NCBI GenBank assembly: GCA_963676915.2
Contig: CAXXVK010000055.1
Span: 1-58,420, forward strand
Reading direction: 5' to 3'
Source: Myxococcota bacterium
GTDB lineage: Bacteria > Myxococcota_A > SURF-8 > G963663525
Length of the DNA stretch: 58,420 bases
Part shown: positions 29,090 to 38,907 of the stretch, in pieces
How the letters are laid out: the number at the start of each line of letters is the position of its first letter
Numbering within the stretch: the first letter of the stretch is position 1
The notes under the pieces: model-generated
The model's input: the letters and a program-made list of their open reading frames with translations, nothing else
Told to the model about the DNA's origin: nothing
Databases searched by the model: none
Translations under genes and position numbers: made by a program

Positions 29090-29664
29090 TTTTTTTCCGA
29101 TAGTTCTAATCGGAAATACTGTAATAATTGAAAAATCGAAAGGACTGATTTGAGGAAAAAGCCTGGATCGTTTTGAAAATTTACTGCAACGTGAAAAGTC
29201 TCGAATTTTCACGTTGTTTCACAATTTTTAACTTAAACAAGTTGTCACGAATGTTTCCGTTGGAAATCACTCCAACTTTTTAAAAGTTCGCCAATTTTCG
29301 GAGCACGGAAAAGATCCATCGGAATAAATCCGGCAAAAGCGTTGAGAAAAGGACCAATGTGGAGCCTGAGAATGAAAATTCCTGAAACATCCTGATGGTT
29401 CGGATTTTCTAGCTGGCTCTAAACGGGGGAGAGTTAAAAACTCCTATTTATCGTGACTTTTCGGCACCCAACTCTCCAACCGACTCCTGTTCGTCACCTT
29501 TTTGCAAATTTGATTCATACCAAAGTAAGGATACTTCCATGAGCATCCGACGATAACTTGACATTTTTCCTTGGGAGCGATAGCTCTAGTAACCTAATGG
29601 TGAACGTTCCGATTTTTCTTACCTTCCGGATTTTTTCGATCCGGACCGACGTGAGGACGATGGC

Positions 29665-30402
29665 ATGAGAGCATGGTTGATTTTCTGTGTTTCGGCGTGG
29701 GTAGTGATGCTTGCCGGAACGGCGTGGAGCAACGAACCTTCCGAGAACCTTCCGAGCTATTCTTCCGTTACGGACGTTCATGCCGACACCTCCCGTAAGG
29801 TTGCGTATTCCATGACGAAAATCGAAGGTGAGTGCCGCCCGGAATGCAAAGAGGGTGAGGTCTGCCGAGAAGGTAAATGTATGCCTGCGGAACGGGCCGA
29901 AAAACTCAACCTGAAGAAAGTCTACTGCGATCCTTTGCGTTATGACACCGTTGGAGAGAACTGTGTGCTCAAGGAAGGGTTGGAGCCGGTGTCCGTGGCA
30001 GGCGCCTGGGCGCTTGAATTTTTCATCGGTTTCGGTGCGGGCGGTTATTACGCTCACAACACGGGAATCGGCGTGGCCGGAACCGTGTTCTCTCTGATGT
30101 TTTACGGCGGCATGGCGGCGATTATCGTGAACAACATGAACGGTGAAAATCTTTCCAAAGAACTCGGACCTTTCGGAATGGGCTTTATGGCACTGGGCAG
30201 CACCGGTCGGTTGATTACCGTTCTCGCCGTACCGCTGTATGCCACTCAATACAATGATGAAATCGCAGCCAACCAAAGCGGCGTTCCGAGTGCCATGTTG
30301 CCACCGGGCAGCAAGATCGGCACGGAGGAAACTCTCAAAAGCGACGAAGACAAAAAGGTCGTGTTCAAACCCGGAATCGGGGGATTTTCCTTGACGTGGT
30401 AA
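29665..30402 (+). CDS. Hypothetical secreted/membrane protein
   Basis: Signal peptide, short Cys motif (CRPECKEGEVCREGKC), FFIGFGAGGYYA hydrophobic segments, aromatic C-terminal residue. Confidence 0.75.
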   Translation: MRAWLIFCVSAWVVMLAGTAWSNEPSENLPSYSSVTDVHADTSRKVAYSMTKIEGECRPECKEGEVCREGKCMPAERAEKLNLKKVYCDPLRYDTVGENCVLKEGLEPVSVAGAWALEFFIGFGAGGYYAHNTGIGVAGTVFSLMFYGGMAAIIVNNMNGENLSKELGPFGMGFMALGSTGRLITVLAVPLYATQYNDEIAANQSGVPSAMLPPGSKIGTEETLKSDEDKKVVFKPGIGGFSLTW

Positions 30403-31115
30403 GCCCTCTGCTCGATGCCCGCGACCTGGAATTCGCCTATGGCCGGAAAAAGGTGCTGCATGGCGTGTCCGTGATGGTGGAACCCGGCGAGTGCGTAGGC
30501 TTGCTTGGTCCCAACGGAGCCGGAAAAACCACTCTCATTCATCTGTTGGTCGGCATCTTGACCTCACGAAAGGGAAAAATCGTTTTCAACGATCGAGATA
30601 TTTCCCTGTTGCCGATGTGGAAAAGAGCGCGGTTGGGCATCGGCTATCTGTCTCAAAATCCCAGTCTTTTCAAAAAGATGACGGTTGCAGAGAACCTGAA
30701 AATGGCGGTCGAGGAATCCGTGCGGGCCGGGGACATGTCGGAACTCGAACCTATGGCTCGACGATACGGTCTGGAAGAACTTCTCGATGCTCCTGCAGGA
30801 ACTCTCTCGGGTGGGGAACGGCGACGTTGTGAGTTGGCGCGGATGCTGCTCACGCACCCCGAACTTTTGCTGTTCGACGAGCCCTTTGCCGGAGTGGACC
30901 CACTGACCGTCGAAGTGCTCCAGCAGCATATTCGACAACTCACCGGCAAGGACCGGGCGATCCTGTTGAGCGACCACAACGCGTATGCTGCCTTCGATCT
31001 TTGCCAACGCCTGTATCTGATCCACGAAGGACGGATAGTCGCCGAAGGCAATCCCGATGAATTGCGGCAAAACGACAAGGTTCGAAAGCTTTATCTGGGC
31101 CAAACCTTCGGATAA
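30396..31115 (+). CDS. lptB: LPS export ABC transporter ATP-binding protein (LptB-like)
   Basis: GLLGPNGAGKTT, PMWKRARLGIGYL, LSGGERRR, DEPFAGVDP, DHN, VRKLYLG. Confidence 0.85.
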   Translation: MVSPLLDARDLEFAYGRKKVLHGVSVMVEPGECVGLLGPNGAGKTTLIHLLVGILTSRKGKIVFNDRDISLLPMWKRARLGIGYLSQNPSLFKKMTVAENLKMAVEESVRAGDMSELEPMARRYGLEELLDAPAGTLSGGERRRCELARMLLTHPELLLFDEPFAGVDPLTVEVLQQHIRQLTGKDRAILLSDHNAYAAFDLCQRLYLIHEGRIVAEGNPDELRQNDKVRKLYLGQTFG

Positions 31116-31325
31116 CAACGACCTACCCGCTGTTTCACTCGACAACAGAACGATCATTCTTCATGATTTTTACATAACCCATTGATTTCTACCCTATCGT
31201 TCGAATTGTTATCCGTGGCTCAATCTGTGATCCCGTTTGCTGTATGAGTTGTAAAATCTCTGTAAAAACATGGGGTTGTATAAATTGTACTTGCATTTAA
31301 AAAACAGTGGAAATAGGGTACGGAT

Positions 31326-32207
31326 ATGAAAAAGTCCGTTTTTCCCATTACAGCCTTCGTGCTGGCACAACTTGCCGGAATCACCATTCTGGTGCTGTGG
31401 ATCGTCTGGTCCGCGTCGGGGCAGTCCCACGTCTGGTGGATGATCCAGGGTATCCTCTTGATGTTCCTCGTCATTGTCGGCGTAACCACGGTGTTCGTGT
31501 TCTGGACCAAATCCCGCCGCCTCGATGCCGAGCGGGTGAATTTCATCTCCAGTATCAGTCACGAACTGCTTACGCCGTTGTCCTCGTTGCGTTTGTATCT
31601 GGAAACCATGCAAATGCGCAGCCTGGACGAAGAGCAGCGTACGAAATTTCTCGAACGGATGCTGGGCGATATCGACCGGCTCTCCGATTCCATCAAAAGC
31701 CTGTTGGGTGCATCGAGGATCGAAAGTGCCAAGCAGCTGTATCATTTCGAAGTCGAAAACGTGGCTCACCTGGTCGAGGATCTTCTTGAAAATAATGGGG
31801 ATTTCCATCGCGATGCGAAAATCAAGCTCGATCTTGAAAGCGAAATCTATGCCCGCGTGGACAAGGAAACGTTTTCCAATGCCCTGAAAAACATCGTCGC
31901 CAATTCGATTCGCTATTCCACAGGTCGGGCACGGATCGAAATTTCTTTGAATCGGCAAGGAAAATGGGTACATATCGCTGTCCAGGACCATGGCGAGGGC
32001 GTGGACCCCGATGAATTGAAGCGGATTTTCAAACTGTTTTATCGTTCGTCCTCCAACCCGGTCGGCACCGGATTGGGATTGTATATCGTGCAGAAAGTCG
32101 TCCGCGCCCATCGAGGAAAAGTCTGGGCGCAAAGCCAGGGGTCTGGAGAAGGATTATGCGTCCATATCCGTATTCCTGCCGTCGAAAATGCCAAGGAGAC
32201 GACATGA
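31326..32207 (+). CDS. Membrane sensor histidine kinase
   Basis: Two N-terminal TM segments; SHELLTPL H-box; NSIRYS; DHGEG; GTGLGL. Confidence 0.92.
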   Translation: MKKSVFPITAFVLAQLAGITILVLWIVWSASGQSHVWWMIQGILLMFLVIVGVTTVFVFWTKSRRLDAERVNFISSISHELLTPLSSLRLYLETMQMRSLDEEQRTKFLERMLGDIDRLSDSIKSLLGASRIESAKQLYHFEVENVAHLVEDLLENNGDFHRDAKIKLDLESEIYARVDKETFSNALKNIVANSIRYSTGRARIEISLNRQGKWVHIAVQDHGEGVDPDELKRIFKLFYRSSSNPVGTGLGLYIVQKVVRAHRGKVWAQSQGSGEGLCVHIRIPAVENAKETT

Positions 32208-32887
32208 ACCGCTTGTTGATCGTCGAAGACGAACTGAATCTCGCCGAGGGGCTTAAGTTCAATCTCGAACTCGAAGGCCATGAGGTCGATACCGTGGAAT
32301 GCGCCGAGGATGCGTTGGGGATCTTCGAAAACTACGACATGCTGGTGCTCGACGTAATGTTGCCCGGCATGAACGGTTTTCAACTGCTCGAAAAAATTCG
32401 CAAGAAAAACCACCGGTTCCCTGTCCTGATTCTTTCGGCGAAAGCCAGCGAAGACGACCGGTTGGACGGCCTGAACGCCGGAGCGGACGACTACATGACC
32501 AAACCGTTTTCCCTTCCCGAACTGATCGCCCGCATACGCCGGATGTTGGAAAGACAAAGCTGGTACCATCAAAAAACCGAACCGCAAGGCACCTACGAAT
32601 TCGGCTCGTATCGTATCGATTTCGAAACGTTTGAGGCGCAAACCGAAAAAGGTCCGAAGCAGTTAACACCTTACGAATGCTACGTCATGAAATACCTGAT
32701 CGAAAATGCCGACCGGCCGGTTTCGCGCTCCGAGTTGCTGGAGAAAGTCTGGGGCTATTCGTCTTCGCCCGAAACACGCACCGTGGACGCTTTTATTGCG
32801 AGATTGCGCAAACTGTTCGAAAAAGATCCGAAAAATCCCCGTCACATTCTAAGCATTCGCGGCGTGGGGTACCGGTTTTCTTCCTGA
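32204..32887 (+). CDS. OmpR-family response regulator
   Basis: LLIVEDE, LDVMLP, GADDYMTKPF and a winged helix (RTVDAFIARLR...RGVGYRF); ATGA overlap with the kinase. Confidence 0.95.
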   Translation: MNRLLIVEDELNLAEGLKFNLELEGHEVDTVECAEDALGIFENYDMLVLDVMLPGMNGFQLLEKIRKKNHRFPVLILSAKASEDDRLDGLNAGADDYMTKPFSLPELIARIRRMLERQSWYHQKTEPQGTYEFGSYRIDFETFEAQTEKGPKQLTPYECYVMKYLIENADRPVSRSELLEKVWGYSSSPETRTVDAFIARLRKLFEKDPKNPRHILSIRGVGYRFSS

Positions 32888-33015
32888 CGATTTTTCACTC
32901 TGTAGTCGTCGTTCGTTGATTTTGATGGTCATTACTGGGCATGGTTTGAAGGCGTTTCACGTAGCTTGGACCGTTCCACCTTCGTTTCCGCAGTCAATTC
33001 AACACTGCCCTGCTC

Positions 33016-33846
33016 TCAAGATGTTTTCTTCCCAAGGGTAACGATTTTTCCCGCAAAAATCCCGATTTCGAACAGAACGACCAACGGCACCAGCAGCAGG
33101 ACGAGGCTCAACGGGTCTTTCGGTGTAAGCGCCGCGCTGACGACGGCGAACCCCACATACCACAACCCACGGATCGGACCGAGGTTGCGGGGGACGATCA
33201 GCCCGTAACGGGACGCCAAGGCCAGTCCGGCGGGTAGCGCCAAGGCCAGTCCGCAAATGAAAAAAGCCAGAATCAGGAAATCGGAGTATTGCGACATGGA
33301 AACGGCCAGAAGGTCGCTTTGGGGGCCTTGTTCCACGGGTGGGGGAAAGAAGAGCGGGTCACCTTCGATGGAATACGCCACGAGAAAACGCATAATGGCG
33401 GGAAAAATCACGAAATAGGCGGTCGAAAACCCGCCGTAGAGCAGGATCGATACCACCCAGGCCAACCGGTGCAGACGCCGTTTTCCGATAACGGGAAAAT
33501 ACGCGCCCAGCAGCCATCCCAGTCGGGAAAAAATCGGCGGTAAAGCCACCACGAAAGCCGCCGCTGCACAAAGCTTGATGTGAATGAAAAAGAGGTCGGT
33601 GATTTTCAACAGCACGGTGCCGCCGCCGGTGTTCGGTAACGCCAACGCCAGCGGAAAACGCACCAACGCCAGAAGATCGTGACGGTGAACCCAGGCCAGC
33701 ACGAACAACACCGCCAACAACAGCAGTATGCGAAGCAATTCGTTCTTGATCAGGCGCAAAACCGGGATCAGAGACGAGTTGTTTTCGTTCTCCGTCGTCT
33801 GAGATGGTTCATCGGAAGGAAATGCGGAAACCGACTCCGTCATCAC
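33016..33846 (-). CDS. tatC: Twin-arginine translocase subunit TatC (divergent)
   Basis: Six TM segments; AYFVIFP, Y..F and SAALTPKDPLS...PLVVLFEIGI C-terminal signature. Confidence 0.8.
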   Translation of the reverse strand: MMTESVSAFPSDEPSQTTENENNSSLIPVLRLIKNELLRILLLLAVLFVLAWVHRHDLLALVRFPLALALPNTGGGTVLLKITDLFFIHIKLCAAAAFVVALPPIFSRLGWLLGAYFPVIGKRRLHRLAWVVSILLYGGFSTAYFVIFPAIMRFLVAYSIEGDPLFFPPPVEQGPQSDLLAVSMSQYSDFLILAFFICGLALALPAGLALASRYGLIVPRNLGPIRGLWYVGFAVVSAALTPKDPLSLVLLLVPLVVLFEIGIFAGKIVTLGKKTS

Positions 33847-33873
33847 GTCACCGGGGAAAGATGTTGGAACGTC

Positions 33874-35034
33874 CTACGCGTCTTCGCCGTCCTCGTCCTT
33901 CTTTTCCACTTCGGGTGAGGAAGGAACCGAGTCGGGATGGTCGTTCGGCAAGGGCGGCGGTCCGCCGTTTTCACCCATCGGACGAGGTGAAAACACCTCC
34001 AACGTGGTTTCGGTTTCGACCGAAAGAGCCTTGTCCTCGAAATTTTCGGGAAGAGGAAGTTCTTCGGATTCTTCTAAAAAAATGTCCGTGCTGTTGCCGT
34101 TTTTCTCGGCCTCATCGAGATCGGGTTGCGGCAGCGGCGGCGGCGCATCGTCCAGTTCGGGATAGGCGTTTTCTTTAATATCCGAGTCCGCAAGATTGGT
34201 TTCTTCGGACTGCATCACGGTGTTGGAGATCGTCGAATCGAACAGATCGGAGGGCAGAATCTCTTCTTCCGGTCCATCGACGACTTCGAGAAACACGATG
34301 GTGGAGTTATCGTCACCTCCACGCTGGTTGGTCAACTGAATCAGGTTTTCGAGAGCGCGTTCCGGCGGTTCCGTTTCGGTGATGCGGGCGATTTCCTCGT
34401 CTCGCACGTTATTGGTCAAACCGTCGGAGCAGAGCAGAAACCGGTCGCCGATTTTCACCGGTACGTACGCGGTATCCACTTCCACCAGGCTTTCGAAACC
34501 CACCGAACGCGTAATGATGTTTTTGAATTTGCTTCTTTCGGCTTCCTCTTTCGTGATGATGCCTGCGTCCACTTGTTCCTGCACAAGGGAGTGGTCCGTA
34601 CTGATCTGCTGAATGTTTCCGTTGCGTATCCGGTAGATACGACTGTCTCCGACATGCCCGTAAGAGGCATGGTCGTTGAGAAACAGCAGGGCGGACACCG
34701 TCGTACCCATGCCGTGAAGACTGGCGTTATGGGCAACGAGATCCAGGATGGCTTTCGAAGCGCCCTGAATCGCCTTGGTGATCACCTGTTGCACCGGGTC
34801 GTCATCGCCGTTGGCCTGGGGAGCGCTGGAGTCGTCGTCCAGGTGGCTTTCCAGAGATTCAACGACTTCGGCAATGGTATCGATAGCGGTGCGGCTTGCG
34901 GTTTCTCCAGCAGCGTGACCGCCCATGCCGTCGGCGACAACATACAGCATTAGATCGTCATCACGAAAATGGCTGTCTTCGTTGTGGTCGCGTTTCAATC
35001 CGACATCGGTAATGGACCATGATTTGATTCGCAT
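33874..35034 (-). CDS. PP2C-family (Stp1/PrpC) Ser/Thr phosphatase with acidic Pro-rich tail
   Basis: TDVGLKRDHNED, VADGMGGH, MGTT, HVGDSR, LLCSDGL, GGDDN; AGGAGG RBS before ATG 35034. Confidence 0.93.
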   Translation of the reverse strand: MRIKSWSITDVGLKRDHNEDSHFRDDDLMLYVVADGMGGHAAGETASRTAIDTIAEVVESLESHLDDDSSAPQANGDDDPVQQVITKAIQGASKAILDLVAHNASLHGMGTTVSALLFLNDHASYGHVGDSRIYRIRNGNIQQISTDHSLVQEQVDAGIITKEEAERSKFKNIITRSVGFESLVEVDTAYVPVKIGDRFLLCSDGLTNNVRDEEIARITETEPPERALENLIQLTNQRGGDDNSTIVFLEVVDGPEEEILPSDLFDSTISNTVMQSEETNLADSDIKENAYPELDDAPPPLPQPDLDEAEKNGNSTDIFLEESEELPLPENFEDKALSVETETTLEVFSPRPMGENGGPPPLPNDHPDSVPSSPEVEKKDEDGEDA

Positions 35035-35344
35035 AATGCCGTCATCCTCCTTTTCAGGCAACGGCCAGTGAAAAACCAGTTGAGTATAGGAATGTAACAA
35101 CAAACCGGGCGACTGGCAAACCCCCAAACCGGAAATTCGATCAAAATAGCAATTTTCGACAGGTTTTGGGAACAAAAAGTCGTTTTTATTTCAAATCGTT
35201 CCAATCCAAGGTTGCATGAAACAACAAATTCGGGTAAAAATATATTCAAAAGCGATTCAAAAGGGACGTTCGGCTGTCGGTGTTAAAGATATGTGGGTGA
35301 AAACACCTGAAAAAGATCCGTTTTTTATACCCCGCGTCTGCGCA

Positions 35345-37114
35345 ATGCCTACGAGTGTGCGGCTTTTCGTTTTTGCGTCAATCGTGCTGTTTTCCTGGAT
35401 TGGCGCTCTCGAAGCGCAGGCCGCCGACCGCAACTACGATAAAGGCAAAGCGCTGATGTTGCGGCTCGACAAAGATCCCAAACGATTCAAATATCGAGAC
35501 CGCTGGCTGAAGGTCATCGCGGCCTTCGACGACGTGCACCGGCGCTCCTCCATGTGGTGTCCGGCTCAGTACAACATCGGCGTGCTGTATCAACGGCTCT
35601 CCTCCGTCTCCTACAGCGACAAGGACCGGTCGCAATCGGTCGAAGCCTTCGACCGGGTGGTCAAGCACTGTCCCTCTTCCAGTCTCGCCGACGATTCCGC
35701 CTTGCTGGCCGCAACCGTAGAAATGGAACGCGGTCACAAGGACGAGGCCCGCAACCGGGCGTATCAAGCCTTGCACGCCTATCCCAAAGGAGACATGCGC
35801 GGGCAACTCAAAGACCTTCTCGATCGACTCGGAGGAACTCCCGAGGGTAGCCCTCCCCCGCCGGAGACGTTGAAAGAAGCCGTTCGGGAAGTGGCTCTAA
35901 AAGATGCCATCGACCAGGTATTGACAACGCTTGAGGGTGAGGAGAAAACCGAGCCGGAACAAAAACCTCAACCGAAATTCGAAATCGGCAAGAACGAAAC
36001 CTTGATCAAACCCACGGATACCGGGCACACCATCCGCTCGGTAACGCATGGGCACAGCGACGGAAAAACCTCGATTACGGTTCATTTCGACTCATTCCCT
36101 CCGTTCACACGGGGAGAACTCAAGGCGACTGCCACGAAATCACGCCGGGTGTACTTCGATTTCTCGGATACCGGGGTGTCCGAGGGTATCGACACACACC
36201 GTCTGCTTCCGGCCGGATACGTAGAAGCCATACGCATCGGACAAGATCCCAAAGGGCAAACCCGAATCGTATTCGATGTACGCAAAGATGCGGGAGAGAT
36301 GGAGTGGAACACCTCTCTGCGACCGCCAAGGGTCAACCTGTCGTTTTCGGGAGTCCGGCACAAAACCGAACAGGACAACCGTCCGAGAGTGGCTCAATCT
36401 TCGAAAATGGGCTACCGCTTCGAAACGGTGGTGATCGATCCCGGCCATGGTGGCAAAGACATGGGTGCGGTCGGACGAGGCGGCTTGAGAGAAAAAGACG
36501 TTGTCCTGAAAATCGCCATTACCTTGCGAAAAGAGTTGAAAAAACGCTTTCCCGGCCTGAAAATCTACATGACCCGTGAACGGGACAAATGGTTGACCCT
36601 GAAAGACCGCTCGGACCTCGCCAACCGAGTGAATGCCGACCTGTTTATTTCCATCCACAACAACGCAGTCACCGCGCGGCGTTTTCAGGGGCTGGAAACC
36701 TTTTATCTCGACAACTCCGCCGACCGTTACTCGGTGCGACTGGCCAATCGGGAGAACCGGGATGCAGGATACCAGGTCGATAACCTCGAATTCATCCTCG
36801 CCGACCTGATGACGGCGGCCAACGTCTCGGAGTCCATCGAATTGGCCAAACGGGTACAAACCTCTATGATTGGGGAATTACGAAAGAAATACCGCAACAT
36901 AGAGGATCGCGGCGTACGCAAAGCGCTGTTTTTCGTCCTGCTCAACGTGCGGATGCCTGCTATTCTGGTTGAAGCCTCGTTCATCTCCAACCCGTTGGAG
37001 GAAAAGCGCCTCGGAACGCCGAGCTACCGACGGGACGTGGCGCACTCCATCGCCGAGGGCGTCGAGGAATACGTCAACTACATGAAGTCCCGGCATAGCG
37101 CCCAAGTATATTGA
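35345..37114 (+). CDS. N-acetylmuramoyl-L-alanine amidase (Amidase_3) with TPR and AMIN-like domains
   Basis: VVIDPGHGGKD, EKDVVL, MTR, FISIHNN, PAILVEASFISN; signal peptide. Start uncertain. Confidence 0.92.
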   Translation: MPTSVRLFVFASIVLFSWIGALEAQAADRNYDKGKALMLRLDKDPKRFKYRDRWLKVIAAFDDVHRRSSMWCPAQYNIGVLYQRLSSVSYSDKDRSQSVEAFDRVVKHCPSSSLADDSALLAATVEMERGHKDEARNRAYQALHAYPKGDMRGQLKDLLDRLGGTPEGSPPPPETLKEAVREVALKDAIDQVLTTLEGEEKTEPEQKPQPKFEIGKNETLIKPTDTGHTIRSVTHGHSDGKTSITVHFDSFPPFTRGELKATATKSRRVYFDFSDTGVSEGIDTHRLLPAGYVEAIRIGQDPKGQTRIVFDVRKDAGEMEWNTSLRPPRVNLSFSGVRHKTEQDNRPRVAQSSKMGYRFETVVIDPGHGGKDMGAVGRGGLREKDVVLKIAITLRKELKKRFPGLKIYMTRERDKWLTLKDRSDLANRVNADLFISIHNNAVTARRFQGLETFYLDNSADRYSVRLANRENRDAGYQVDNLEFILADLMTAANVSESIELAKRVQTSMIGELRKKYRNIEDRGVRKALFFVLLNVRMPAILVEASFISNPLEEKRLGTPSYRRDVAHSIAEGVEEYVNYMKSRHSAQVY

Positions 37115-37150
37115 ACGTCTTGACATTCTTCATAAAAACCGGTGTACAGG

Positions 37151-38494
37151 ATGAAAGACACCCAAGAGCTTGTATTTCCCGCCTCCTTTCTTTGGGGAGC
37201 CGCGACCAGCGCCCACCAGGTGGAAGGCGCGTTTAACGAAGACGGCAAATGGCCCAGTGTATGGGACAGCTTCGAGCTGGAGCCCGGTCGCATCGCCAAG
37301 GGATACACCGCCCGGATGTCCTGCGATCAATACCACCGCCTGGAAGAAGACCTCGACCTGATGCAAGCGCTGCACCTCAAAGCCTACCGCTTTTCGGTAT
37401 CCTGGCCACGAGTGATTCCAAGGGGGTATGGAGATATCAACGAAGCCGGGCTGGACTACTACGACCGTCTGGTGGACGGCTTGTTGTCGCGTGGAATCGA
37501 GCCGTTTTTGACCCTGTACCATTGGGATCTTCCACAGGCGTTGCAGTGGGAACGAGGTGGCTGGGAACATCGCGAAACCACACGGCTTTTTTCACGCTAC
37601 GCCGAGGTTGTCGGACGGCGTCTGGGCGACCGCGTACGTTTCTGGAGCACTCACAACGAACCGGGAGTGGCGCTTGAAGCCTATCTCGACGGCAGCATGC
37701 CGCCAGGCCTTGTGGACAGGGCTTTGGGGTATCAGGTCGCGCACCACATTCTCGTTTCGCACGGTCTGGCGGTCGAAGCGCTACGCTCGGCCTGTTCCGA
37801 AACACCGAAGGTCGGGATGGTGCAGGATCTCTGGCCGGTGCATCCGGCGAGCGATTCCGAGGCAGACCACCTAGCCGCAAAACGTCGCTGGGAGTTGCGC
37901 TGGGATTGGTTTTTAAGTCCGGTGGCCTTCGGTCGCTATCCTGAAGAAGCATTCGAGTGGCTCGGTGAGGATGCTCCCACGGTAGATGATGGAGACATGG
38001 AAACCATTGGAATTCCACTTGATTTCATGGGCATCAACTATTATTCGCGGCTGGTCACTTCCTCCGATGGCGATGTTTTACCCAAAGATACTCCCACAAC
38101 GGCGATGGACTGGGAAGTGTATCCCCAGGGATTCTATGACGTCTTGAAACTTGCCCGAGATCACTACGGTTTTACGACTTTGTACGTAACCGAAAACGGG
38201 GCGGCTTTCGACGATATCGTGGAAGCGGATGGCGCGATTCACGACGAGGCACGCCTCCGGTATCTCGCCGAACACCTGGAGCAGGTCCATATAGCCATAA
38301 CCGACGGCATCGACGTACGAGGGTACTTCGCCTGGTCGCTGCTTGACAATTTCGAGTGGTGCCACGGTTACACGAAACGTTTCGGGCTGGTACATGTGGA
38401 TTTCGATACTCTGGAGCGCCGAATCAAGGACAGTGGCATTTGGTACGCGAAGATAATTGAAGAAAATGCTTTGAAAACAGATGGTTGCACGTAG
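37151..38494 (+). CDS. GH1 beta-glucosidase
   Basis: FLWGAATSAHQVEG, TLYHWDLP, NEP acid/base, TENG nucleophile, WSLLDNFEW. Confidence 0.95.
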   Translation: MKDTQELVFPASFLWGAATSAHQVEGAFNEDGKWPSVWDSFELEPGRIAKGYTARMSCDQYHRLEEDLDLMQALHLKAYRFSVSWPRVIPRGYGDINEAGLDYYDRLVDGLLSRGIEPFLTLYHWDLPQALQWERGGWEHRETTRLFSRYAEVVGRRLGDRVRFWSTHNEPGVALEAYLDGSMPPGLVDRALGYQVAHHILVSHGLAVEALRSACSETPKVGMVQDLWPVHPASDSEADHLAAKRRWELRWDWFLSPVAFGRYPEEAFEWLGEDAPTVDDGDMETIGIPLDFMGINYYSRLVTSSDGDVLPKDTPTTAMDWEVYPQGFYDVLKLARDHYGFTTLYVTENGAAFDDIVEADGAIHDEARLRYLAEHLEQVHIAITDGIDVRGYFAWSLLDNFEWCHGYTKRFGLVHVDFDTLERRIKDSGIWYAKIIEENALKTDGCT

Positions 38495-38531
38495 AAAAGG
38501 TTTCCATTCAGATACAGTGTGAGGTCATACC

Positions 38532-38855
38532 ATGAAACGGGTCGGATTTCTTTTGAAGGTCAAATCGGACAAACTCGACGAATACAAAAAACGCCACGAA
38601 GCCGTCTGGCCGGAGATGCTCGATGCCCTGAAAAAGCACGGATGGCGCAATTATTCCCTGTTTTTGCGGGATGATGGCCTGCTGTTCGGCTATTTCGAAG
38701 CGACAGAAAGCTTTCAGGCGTCACTCGACGGCATGGCTGCCGAGGAAATCAACGCCCGCTGGCAGAAAGACATGGCGCCGTATTTCGAAAACCTGGGCGG
38801 TGGTCACCCGGACGAGGGCATGATCGAGTTGGAAGAAGTTTTTCACCTCGATTGA
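38532..38855 (+). CDS. rhaM: L-rhamnose mutarotase family protein
   Basis: EYKKRHEAVWPEML...NYSLF...LFGY...RWQ..M...EVFHLD. Confidence 0.88.
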   Translation: MKRVGFLLKVKSDKLDEYKKRHEAVWPEMLDALKKHGWRNYSLFLRDDGLLFGYFEATESFQASLDGMAAEEINARWQKDMAPYFENLGGGHPDEGMIELEEVFHLD

Positions 38856-38907
38856 AACCCGTCAATGTTGACTTACCAGGAATCTTTCTTTACGTAAGCT
38901 GTGGATT

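Noticed and set aside
28901-29212. 103-aa minus-strand ORF
   Set aside because: It is a read-through of the tRNA-His gene and its terminator.
29407-29503. Scattered resemblance to a Cas9 tracrRNA scaffold (agttaaaa, ttatc, ggcacc, T-run)
   Set aside because: Only short discontinuous words; no anti-repeat partner, Cas9 or IscB nearby.
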